A stretch of 30,084 bases of DNA, taken from contig NIVC01000626.1 in assembly GCA_002269645.1 (NCBI GenBank), positions 1 to 30,084 on the forward strand, in the 5' to 3' direction. The notes below the pieces were generated by a model that had not been told where the DNA came from, did not search any database, and saw nothing but the letters and a program-made list of their open reading frames with translations. The translations under genes were made by a program, and so were the position numbers. Of this stretch, positions 1 through 9,664 are shown piece after piece (the first letter of the stretch is position 1; every line of letters starts with the position of its first letter). The stretch comes from Macrostomum lignano. Lineage: Eukaryota.

Positions 1-94
1 TGATTGTGTGACGATTATGGTTGATTGTGGACATTCTAGTTGATTGTGTGATATTTATGGTTGATGGTGCGACATTCTTATTGATGGTGTGACA
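1..94. repeat. Degenerate ~20-21-bp tandem repeat (ttgattgtgtgacattnta-like), cut by the window edge, intronic to gene 1
   Basis: About 4.5 visible copies of a tgattgtg/tgatggtg unit. Confidence 0.7.
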
Positions 95-154
95 GAGGGC
101 TGCCGGCATCCATCAAAGTATAGGTGTACGGATCATTCGAATTAAATAACTTAC

Positions 155-1831
155 GTATTTTGAGAGCTCCCTGAATCCATGCTGGGCACCTCGAATGCAA
201 ACTGGGCTGGCACCTGCTGCTGCTGTTGCAGCATCATTTGTTGCCCATGTTGCGACTGGCTGCATCGACTGCGGCTGAGACTGTCGCTGCTGCCTCTGCC
301 TGTCCCGCTGCTGCTGCTGCTGAGAACCTCGAGCTCGATCTGGCCGATCAAACGCGGCAGAATCTGGCCGTGGCGACAGACTGAAGTCACGATCGTCATT
401 GCTGCCATTATCGCCCTGGTTAGTGTCGGGCGCAAAGCGGACCGAAGCGCAGGAGCGAGTGTCCGCCATATGAGGCCGGCCGGAGTGGACGCTGTTAGAG
501 TCCCGGTTCGGCAGCAGCAGCTGCTCTGACTGACCCCTCGCCTGGTTACTCTGCTGTGGAACGTGCGGTTGCGACGGTTTCTGAGACCGCTTGGCCTTCT
601 CAACGGCTTGGGGTGGCTCCATCGCATCCTTCGACTGCTTGACCGATTCCCGGCCAGTTGGATTTGAAGATCCGCCAGCTTTGGCGCTTCTACGATCGCT
701 GGCCAGAGGCGGCGGCACTTCACCGCTATCGTCGCTCAGGCCGGCCATGATAGCGTCGAGACTATCGTCGGAATGTTTCCTAGACCTTTTGCTTGTTGAC
801 TTGGAGCTGCGGCGATCACTGCTCACTGGCTGAGCACTACTGCCATCCATCAAGAGATCTGCCACTTCATCATTAAGTTCATCATCCTGACCTTTCCTTC
901 CTTTACTGTTAGATGTTCGCCCGGCTTTGGTGCGCTGACGATCACCCTGGTGAGGCAGCTCGCTATCATCCTTGTTTAGACCGGCCATGATAGCGTCAAT
1001 ACTATTTTCGGAATCCTTCCTCGACCTCTTGCTTGTTGATTTGGATGATTTAGCAGCTTTGGTGCTCCGACGATCGCTCTGCTGAGCCAGCTCACTAGCA
1101 TCCTTATCCAGACCGGCCATGATAGCGTCAAGACTATTGTCGGAATCCTTCCTGGACCTCTTGCTTGTTGATTTGGACGATTTAGCAGCTTTGGTGCTCC
1201 GACGATCGCTCTGCTGAGCCAGCTCACTAGCATCCTTATCCAGACCGGTCATGATAGCGTCAAGACTATTGTCGGAATCCTTCCTGGACCTCTTGCTTGT
1301 TGGTTTGGACGATCCGGTAGCTTTGGTGCTCCGACGATCGCTGCTCAGTGCTGAAGCGTTGCCATCTTCCGTCAGACCGGCCATTGCATTGTCAAGTCCG
1401 TTGTCCTCTGATTTCCTACCTCTGCTGTTAGACGACTTCGATGTTTTCCCGACTTTAGCGCTCCGACGATCGCTCTGGTGTGGCAGCTCGTCCATCTGTT
1501 TACTTAGACCGGCCATGATAGCGTCGAGACTATCGTTGGAATCTTTTCTCGACCTGCTGCTATGCTTAGCCTTGGCGTTCCGACGGTCGCTTGCTGGTGG
1601 AGAACCGCTGCCATCTTTAGCCAGATCGTTAGGACTAGCATTTGGAGATTTCTTCTTTTGCTGCCGCTATGGCTAGACTTGAATTTAGCAGTGTTGAAGT
1701 CGCTGCCCAGGCTGCTCAGGACACTTCATAATCTTTCTTACTAGAACTGGCGCCTTTGCTGGCTGATTTTGATTTTTCATTCTTTTTTAGTAGTTCCGGA
1801 GGAAGGATTGACTTCAGGATGCTATCGACAT
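155..1831 (-). CDS. Gene 1 exon 2: Ser/Lys/Arg/Asp-rich low-complexity protein with 44-aa repeats, function unknown; gene continues beyond the left edge
   Basis: Acceptor attttatag at 1832 and donor TAC|GTAAGT at 154. Long open frame (ORF 113-1516). The 5' part (DVDSILKSILPPELL...) joins it only if one base is restored at each of 1725-1726 and 1656-1659, after which exon phases are consistent. Confidence 0.75.
741..1560 (-). repeat. Coding 132-bp (44-aa) tandem repeat: DAIMAGL...SDRRSTK...KRSRK
   Basis: The ccggccat/ccggtcat anchor recurs at 981, 1113, 1245, 1377 and 1509 (exact 132-bp spacing), with a more distant copy at 741. Confidence 0.9.
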
Positions 1832-1930
1832 CTATAAAATGAGATAAGCAAAGGGATTCAAAAATTATTTTGCTAATGCTCCATCATGCAAACAGTAGAC
1901 TTAAAAATAGAATTTATACGAGCAACAAAC

Positions 1931-2015
1931 CAGAAATCCCATTGTCATCAGATATCGCATTCTGGTACGAATCGCTGGCCGAGCTAATGCTCCCTGATTC
2001 TGCATCTAGGTCCAT
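1931..2015 (-). CDS. Gene 1 probable first coding exon (MDLDAESGSISSASDSYQNAISDDNGIS)
   Basis: ATG at 2015 and phase-1 donor G|GTTTGT at 1930 match the phase-1 acceptor of exon 2 across a 99-bp intron. Confidence 0.55.
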
Positions 2016-4733
2016 GGAGTCAGTTCGATTTATATGTAGAGTTTTTATTTATACAAGGAATCTGAAATGTTGATTGCAAATCATAAAGCATTGTGATTAG
2101 TCCTTTGAACTCAGAACAGGCAACAAGTTTGATTAAAACTGCATTGAAAAATATTTGATTAAAGCAACTTATTAGATTGCTCCATAGTATGGTAAATACA
2201 AAAGTATAATAACAATGCTTTTTCAACCAAATTTGTTACTTCCATATTCTTTCGGATTGGTCTAATGCCCCTGGTCTAAATATTAGCAATATAGATGCAT
2301 GAATTTACCAATTCATCTATTTAAATTGATATATTTTTCATAATACAAAATTTCTAAACATTTATTTATATTTACTTCTATGAGCAATTAGAAACAAAAT
2401 AGCAAATTTTTATAAGAGTTTAATAAAAAGGAAATCTGACACTAGCAATAGAAAAACTTAGTCAACAAGTTCAATCTGTGAGAAATAATTTAAAAAATTA
2501 TATCTAAAACAAAGTGAGGTTTGAGAAAAAAACTATTTTAAAAGATTGTTACTTGGTTTTGTTTTAATTAAAATTGGCTGAAAGATATTTTGGTTGAACA
2601 TGAAGCTCAACCAAAAGCTCAACATGAAGCTCAACATAGTTCCATATGCTTTCTAAAAGTTAAAATTCTTTAACTTTCTTTAACTATAACTTTTATGCTT
2701 TCTAGCAGAAGAAACAAAGCCATTAAGCTTTCAAAATTATTGAAGTTTTTTAATTCATAGGTTTGCTGAAAAAACACCAATATACAAGGGATAGATGTGT
2801 AAAGTGAATATAACATCCAATTCTTACTATAATGATAATTCACAATTTTTTCAAAATATATCCAATACGTTTAAGTTTTTCTAAAATTATTTGTGAATAT
2901 TATTGTTTCTTTAAAATATGTATCAATTTTCTACAGCAAAAATCTGCTACTTTGATATAAAAATCATACTCAATATTTTTTTCCAGTTTCAGTTAGCAAA
3001 GTTATGTGGTGAAGGCATGTAGGTGTGTAGTGGAATACATGTAGTAACATTAATCCAAAAAGGATACAAAAAATCACTAGTATAAACCGTTATAATTGAT
3101 TTTACATAGGTAAATTGTTTTTAAAAAGTTATAAATATAATCTACTCCAAAACGTTTTCGTTTTAGTGAAAGAAAGTGAACAACAATAAAGGAAAATGAA
3201 TTGTTAACTTGCGAATGGCGAAAACTTTTTGAATTGGTTCTTTCTGTTTTTCTGTTAGTCGTTTTATGTTAAAGCTGCAATATTTAGCTCTTATGTTTGT
3301 TAAAGAAACTAATCTAGGAAACTGGAGCTAAAAAATGTGTTATTTTTCAACAGTTCTAGCTGTTTTTGTTAAAATAATGATAACAATTGTATAAAACGCC
3401 GCGGCATTTAGTAGGATGAATTCTTAATTAGTTTACCTCCTTTAAATTATTCACACAGAGCACAGATGCAAGCATTAAGCATAAGTATGAAGTGCACCTT
3501 TGAGTACGTTGAATGAATTTAATAATTAGCGCAGGACTTTTTGTAGCTATAGTAGATAAAACATGATTTGATTGTAAAGTGACAGATTTTAAAGATCATT
3601 ACCGTTCTGTGCAGCACGAGGTCACCCAAAAGATCCACAAACCTTAAAAATCGGAATTTATTCGAAGCTTTCCTTTAGCCCCTGCATCAAATTTATTGGT
3701 TAACTTGCTAAAACTAGCGTGGAGCTACATGTAAACTCGTACGTTTACTTTGTAACATGGAGATCTATACTATAGTATTGTGTATGTATATTATATGTAC
3801 ATGTATTATAAAAGCCGTAAAATTTGGGACTACGAGCGTATGAAGTCCTTGATTATAAAGAAACATTATGGGGCTCGTTTAATTTACTCGTACATGCACT
3901 TGTATTTTTGTCGGTCCACTACTATATATTTCTTTACTAGCTGTGTTAGCAGCGTGCTTACATGCACAAAATGTATTTACAGTACTGCAAATCTATTGTA
4001 CATTATATTATGCAGTCTGTATTTGTAGATCTTTAAAACGAATGCTCACGTGGCGCTGCAAGAATCGATATCAGCTTTATTTATGGCCAGCAGAACAGAA
4101 CTATACCATTATATTACGACGGGCCGACGGTGGTAAAAATTTCCTTCCGCAATGGGAAACAGACTGAATGCGCTGGCCGGGCTGGACCGGATCGACCGCT
4201 GCATACACAACCGTATGCAGTCATGCCCGCGGAACGTATTGTGGGGATCAAAGAGGCTAAAACGCGACACATTTGAACTGATCCCACAGTTTCTCCTCTC
4301 TTTCTCTCTACATTACATTACTGCATGCATTCCTAAACCTAAACGATCTCATATTTAGTCAGTAGCTACGCTGCACAGTTCCTGCTTACGGACAGGGCGA
4401 GAAGGGAAAGGAGAGAATTAAGAGAGAGGAGGAAGAAGAGAGGACAGGGGGCAGTGTGTATATTATAGAATAGAGAAGGAAGGAGTGCGTGCAATATAGC
4501 TAGCTATTAACCCGCATGGCTGAGACATCGTTTCGTGTTTTTTACTATAGCTGTTTCACATACGCATTGCGAGTTATGTTTTACCCTCCCTCTGAAAAGC
4601 TGCCTGCATGGTTATAATATAAATATCTCAAAATGCTAATGTACTAAGCAGACTAAAATACTGTTCTAAGTAGGGAAATTGAAGTTTGTCAATCCCATCA
4701 ACAACTGGCTCGATTGTACATAGCAAAATTGAG

Positions 4734-4871
4734 ATGGACGACGAACGCCGGCACTCTCGGATGCTGCCCTATGGCGGATTTAGTCGCAATTTCGGCGGCG
4801 CCGACCGGCTCTCGAAGGTGACGCACACCATCATAGCGGCCAGGCACATCGCTAAAAAGGTCACCTTCTCG
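4734..4871 (+). CDS. Gene 2 exon 1 (MDDERRHSRMLPYGG...KKVTFS), DUF7153-like conserved invertebrate protein
   Basis: GC-rich open frame from ATG 4734 to phase-0 donor TCG|GTATGA; joins the downstream exons into a 284-aa ORF. Confidence 0.7.
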
Positions 4872-5194
4872 GTATGAGTTCTATTGTTAAGTTATCGATC
4901 AATCTAGGCAACTATAAAATTGTTTTTTTGCGATGTTTCAAACGCCAATTATTGCCAATTTTGCTAAATTATCAAAGCTTTAAAACAAAACGATTTACGA
5001 TGTACATTTTTTAGTGTGCAAGTATATTTTCATTATCATATCGTCGAGACCTTCAGCACAAAAGACGCCAGAAATCCTATGGTAGTTTATTGCGAATGTT
5101 TAACTTTTGTTTATTTAAGTAACTTTATGCTCTGTAGATCTAACTGCGGAGTTTTCTCAATGCTTACCCAGGTGCGTTCGGAAACAAATTCAAA

Positions 5195-5400
5195 ATGATG
5201 CTACTAAGTTGGGCAATTGCTTGGCCAAGAACTCACGCACGATGTTGGCCGTGTGAACGGGAGCGTTGTCCAAGTGAAAAAACACTGCTTGCTGGCTATC
5301 AGCTCCCTCCTCTTCAAAAAGTGGACCAGAAATTACACATTTGGGAGACCCAATGACGAACTAGGCATTGATGTCCTTGGAGATCTTGGAGATGCTTAGA
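5195..5400 (-). mobile_element. Decayed Tc1/mariner transposase fragment in gene 2 intron 1
   Basis: Minus-strand translation ..INA*..FLVHFLKRRELIASKQ/FFHLDNAPVHTANIVREFLAK matches the mariner second-Asp HxDNAPxH motif; one stop and frameshifts. Confidence 0.75.
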
Positions 5401-5800
5401 CCATCATTGGGGAGGCTGTGTCGATCATCTCCTTGATCTTATGGAGCTTCAGGCCGTTTTCTGGCCAAACTGACGGCAAAAAGTGTTGCAAGATTATCGA
5501 ATGGGGGTACAATTGCTACTGACGTTTTGTTTTGGTTAATTTCTAGGCGTAGGAAAGTGCTAGAAAGTTGAAATTTTGATTTAGTACTCCCAACTAGGAC
5601 AGACGAAAATGAGTTGAAAATTAGTACACTCGTGTTATTCGCTGAATACTCAAGTACGAGTACACGGGAAATAAGGATAGCAGTTTGTTAGTCAGTCTCA
5701 GAGGACACACACAGAGCGGCCCTGATTTTCCCTCACCAGTAGGCAATGAAAAACTTTCTGTCGTTGGGACTGAATCGTAGGACAAAAGAATCTATAGGCA

Positions 5801-5999
5801 AAAGGGCCTGTCAACTAAAGCTCATAAAGTAGAGCCCGAGTAACCTATGTACACAAATTTTACATCATTCTGCTCATAATGACACCAGGTACGAGCTAGC
5901 AGGGTTTGGCAAAGAGCGACATAAGTTAGAATTGGGAGAGGGAGAACAAGGGGATGATTAGGGAATCCACTAACTGAGCTTTAAGTTGACAGGCCCTTT
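5801..5999. mobile_element. MITE-like element, ~200 bp with ~24-bp terminal inverted repeats
   Basis: aaagggcctgtcaactaaagctca (5801-5824) versus tgagctttaagttgacaggcccttt (5975-5999), differing by one indel; no clear target-site duplication. Confidence 0.6.
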
Positions 6000-6019
6000 C
6001 CGTATGTAGGAACTCCAAA

Positions 6020-6092
6020 CGCCTGCGGAATCGAACTTGGGGTCATTGGTGACGCGAGAGTAGGACGCGTTTTCCCGCTGAGCTATCCGAGC
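6020..6092 (-). mobile_element. tRNA-derived SINE-like head or tRNA pseudogene
   Basis: Reverse complement GCTCGGATAGCTCAGCGGG...CCCCAAGTTCGATTCCGCAGGCG carries Pol III A-box and B-box-like motifs; acceptor and anticodon stems do not form convincingly. Confidence 0.55.
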
Positions 6093-6220
6093 CTCGTAAG
6101 CACAGAGGTTCGTTACTAGCTCGTAAAATGAAATTATATCCCAGGATTAAGAAGTGACTTAATAGACGTCTGCAACAGAGTCACCAGTGTTCATTGCCGA
6201 TATTCCTCACCGCTCTATAG

Positions 6221-6401
6221 GAGGACGGCAGGCAGGACAAGTCAACCGACGCTCTCTATTCCATATTCAACTTCTTCGAGACCATCACACCGCCGCCGAA
6301 ATTCCCAACCTTCAAGGACGGATTCGTTCACGTGTCCAAAGTGATGAAGCTGCATCCTCAGTTTCAGAGCGGAGTACTACTCAGAAATGTCGAAGAGTAT
6401 G
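6221..6401 (+). CDS. Gene 2 exon 2 (EDGRQDK...SGVLLRNVEEY)
   Basis: Acceptor ctctatag and donor G|GTGAGA, phase 0 in and phase 1 out. The GxLLRN motif precedes FPF in the next exon, as I recall for this family. Not found in the supplied ORF track. Confidence 0.8.
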
Positions 6402-6710
6402 GTGAGAACATTTCTAAGAAATGCACTTTTAATGGTAGTTAGAGGCAATTGATATTTTGGTGTAAAAATTAAAACAAATTAAGGTACCAGGTTCGATTCC
6501 CGCTAGATCAATAAAACTTAAGGTAAAGTCTGAATCAATAATTCTCTTTGAGAAAATGATACTGCTGTGAATAAAAATTTGTGCTTTTATACTGAGTCTC
6601 CTTCATTTAGAAATTTTCACTGTTTTACCAAAGAATAATTAAAACATTATTTTCATTCATAGCGTTTATAATAATTTTAAATAGATTCAATTTCCACTTT
6701 ACCATTTCAG

Positions 6711-6833
6711 ATCGGTTTCCCTTCCTCAGCTATACAGTGTTCCACCTGCACCCGACCAACACCTTCATTCACGATCCATCCTGGGTGAAAGTGATCCACG
6801 AGGGCCACGGCGAGAATCAGGTGCATCATCAAG
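6711..6833 (+). CDS. Gene 2 exon 3 (DRFPFLSYTVFHLHP...ENQVHHQ)
   Basis: Acceptor ccatttcag and donor G|GTTAGT, phase 1 at both ends, open frame. Confidence 0.8.
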
Positions 6834-6862
6834 GTTAGTCGTCTGTGAGATGCTCGCAACCT

Positions 6863-7073
6863 AAATCGCTTGGTGTGCGTCACCTCCTGTTAGATGAGGA
6901 GGTCAAAGTCACTTGGTGTGCGTCACCTCCTGTTAGATGATGAGGCCAAAGTCACTTGGTGTGCATCACCTCCTGTTAGATGATGAGGCCAAAGTCACTT
7001 GGTGTGCATCACCTCCTGTTAGATGATGAGGCCAAAGTCACTTGGTGTGCGTCACCTCCTGTTAGATGATGAG
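6863..7073. repeat. 43-bp minisatellite, left array (~5 copies)
   Basis: Unit aaagtcacttggtgtgcgtcacctcctgttagatgatgaggtc; anchors at 6905 and 6948. Confidence 0.95.
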
Positions 7074-8469
7074 CCTTAAGAATGACCGAAACCGTTCGAA
7101 GTGAAACCGCACTGGCATCTCTAGCGACCATTGTCACGGTTGCAGCTTTCGGCTTCGACTGCATTTCTTGCTCAGCACCGGCTTTGACTTCTGACTTCTC
7201 TTTCGATTCCGACCTTGCTGTCGAATGCAGCAGACGATGGTGGGATTTGGTGCATCCATCAACGCCGCACTTTCGACCTCGTCGGCAGTTCATACCGGTG
7301 TGACCATGGCCAAGACAGCGGAAACAGGCTTTGGCTTCCTGAGCAGCCTTCCATCTGTTCTCAGACGACAGTTTCCCGAACGCGGGACACTTCCATAGAT
7401 CGTGCGCCTCCTTGCAGACTACACAGGAGTAGCTCCCCTTGCTTGAGCTCTTGCTTAGCTGCGCTACATGGAAGGCCTTCTGCTTGCTGTCCTTTCTTGG
7501 TTGCTCCTGACTCGATGCGGCCACCCCGTACACAATTTCTGCTGCCTCAGTCCGGAACTCTGCCTCAAGCAAAACCCACTCTTGAAGGGTCCTAACGCCT
7601 TCTGCTTTCGCCTTCTCGAAGATCCATCGTCGAAATGCTGCTACCATCGGCTCTGGTAACTTTTTTTGCTATCTAGCATAAAGCAGTCCATCACTAAGTT
7701 CGGAGTTCTTACCAGCTTCTTCTAAATTAATTACAGCCACATCGAGGATGTTCGCGAATTTCTTCAGCTCCTCGGCACCATTCTGCTTCACGGGTGGAAA
7801 ACTATCTAGCTCTTCCAAGTAGTGCGCCAACTGTCGTCGCTTGCCGCCGTACTCACGCTCCAATCTCTCCTTGGCCGCCTGATAGGCAGCAGCCGAATGA
7901 CCCAAGTGCTCTATCACCTTCAGTGCTGATCCACGCAAATACTGACGCAACTGCAGCAGTTTGAACTCTGGTGTTGCTGGAGCCCTATCGATGCATGCCA
8001 TGAAGGCAGCCTTCCACGCTTCATACTGTTGCTTGTCGCCATAGAATGTTGGAATCTCCACTCTGCGCAACATCTTCCAGAGATCTTTCGACAGCTCTTG
8101 CTCCAAAGAGTTGCCGAGCCTGCATTCGTCTACTGATTCAGAAGAGCTTGTTCGATCCTCCGCTCTCATCTCGAAACCCGCATGCTGATTTGAAGAAGGC
8201 AGGTAGCCAAATTCATCAAGGTCTCTGTAGGGCCTCTGCTGTCTCTGTCCTCGCATGAAGTCCGGCTCTGCAACACTGAATCCGATTTGCCGATCTAGAT
8301 TGACTGCACCCAGCGATTGGGCTGTCGCTGCCGCCGACTCTGCCGCCGGCTCTGCTGCCGACGCTGCCGCTGTCTCCTGAGGAACTTGTGCCGCTGCAGA
8401 TGGTGACTGCTGAGTTGCTAGGAAACGCTGGACCTCTCGCATGCTGACGCGGTAGTCCTCCTCCTGTAG
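7074..8469 (-). mobile_element. BEL/Pao LTR-retrotransposon gag fragment, truncated at both ends, one in-frame stop
   Basis: DUF1759-like segment (RVEIPTFYGD..Y..WK..F...KLLQLRQYLRG.A) plus three Cys-His knuckles: CVVCKEAHDLWKC, CFRCLGHGHTGMNC and CGVDGCTKSHHRLLH. It ends at SLRTVSVIL, the start of the protease region. ORFs 7669-8442 and 7009-7647 are the same frame separated by one TAG. Confidence 0.9.
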
Positions 8470-8916
8470 ACCTCCTGTTAGATGGTGAGGCCAAAGTCAC
8501 TTGGTGTGCGTCACCTCCTGTTAGATGATGAGGTCAAAGTCACTTGGTGTGGGTCACCTCCTGTTAGATGATGATGCCAAAGTCACTTGGTGTGCGTCAC
8601 CTCCTGTTAGATGATGAGGTCAAAGTCACTTGGTGTGCGTCACCTCCTGTTAGATGGTGAGGCCAAAGTCACTTGGTGTGCGTCACCTCCTGTTAGATGA
8701 TGAGGCCAAAGTCACTTGGTGTGGGTCACCTCCTGTTAGATGGTGAGGTCAAAGTCACTTGGTGTGCGTCACCTCCTGTTAGATGATGAGGTCAAAGTCA
8801 CTTGGTGTGCGTCACCTCCTGTTAGATGATGAGGTCAAAGTCACTTGGTGTGCGTCACCTGTTAGATGATGAGGTCAAAGTCACTCACTTGGTGTGCGTC
8901 ACCTGTTAGATGATGG
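8470..8916. repeat. 43-bp minisatellite, right array (~10 copies), same unit and orientation as the left array
   Basis: Unit directly visible; terminal copies carry small deletions. Confidence 0.95.
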
Positions 8917-9121
8917 TGACGGAAGCCTCTTGGCGTGAGTCACCCAAGGAATTCACAAGTTTATTTAATTTCATTACTTATTGATTCAATATATTTTAAA
9001 AGGATTTTGCCTCTTTAATGTCTACTTTGTGCTAGATAATGTACTTTACTAATAAATTTTCTATAAATTTAACGTGCTGCATGTACTTGACCCTACATTC
9101 TCGTCACCCAATCACCCGAAG

Positions 9122-9534
9122 GCGGCTTCAAGGAGCTGTGCACCATCTGGACCGACTCGAACGATGCTGGCCTTCGCGACCTGAGCCGGGCGCCACTCTC
9201 CGACAAGGCCGTCTTCATCATTGTCTGCTGCAAAGTGCTCGGCAACCCGACCTCCATGGAGACCAACTGGCGCGAGTGGAGCGGTGCTGAGTTCATTCTG
9301 AACGGCCTGCCGCCGCCGCAGCGCAGCAGCCTCCGGCGCATCACCTTCTACAAGCGGGCGATGTCTCGCGGCACCTTCAGCCACGTGCTGCTTGCCGAGT
9401 TCCACCAGGTGAGCGAGTTGTACCGCCTGCGCGACTTCATCGCCTTGATGAACTCGCGGCACTGCGGCCTGGCGGGGCTGTACACCACCGAGTTGCCGTT
9501 CCATGCGGACAGAGGCGACGCCGAGCAGAGCTGA
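9122..9534 (+). CDS. Gene 2 exon 4 (GGFKELCTIW...NWREWSGA...RRITFYK...RHCGLAGLY...stop)
   Basis: Strongly coding-like GC3-rich frame ending at TGA 9532-9534. The phase-1 acceptor AAG| at 9121 is a weaker type, so the start boundary is less sure. Motifs resemble DUF7153-type proteins (from memory, no search run). Confidence 0.75.
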
Positions 9535-9664
9535 GGCTTCCGGCTGGAAAGGAGATCGATCCTCCAATCTGATGATTGTTCCTTTGATCAAAGTTTCCTT
9601 TTATTTTCTTCCAACGATTTAAATTTTCAAATAACTGTGGACTCTGAATATATAAACTAAGTAT

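Noticed and set aside
113-154. C-terminus VSYLIRMIRTPIL* of ORF 113-1516
   Set aside because: It reads through a consensus GTAAGT donor into an intron
5015-5171. Possible small exons 5015-5081 and 5138-5171 in gene 2 intron 1
   Set aside because: AT-rich with no family motifs, and the 6221-6401 exon already supplies the needed phase and sequence. Including 5015-5081 with it would break the frame.
6020-6092. Functional tRNA gene
   Set aside because: A and B boxes are present but I could not fold a proper acceptor or anticodon stem; tRNAscan-SE would settle it
6863-8916. 43-bp arrays as a CRISPR array or as LTRs of the gag element
   Set aside because: The units are head-to-tail with no unique spacers. 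There are no TG..CA termini, primer-binding site or polypurine tract, and the ORF is cut at both junctions.
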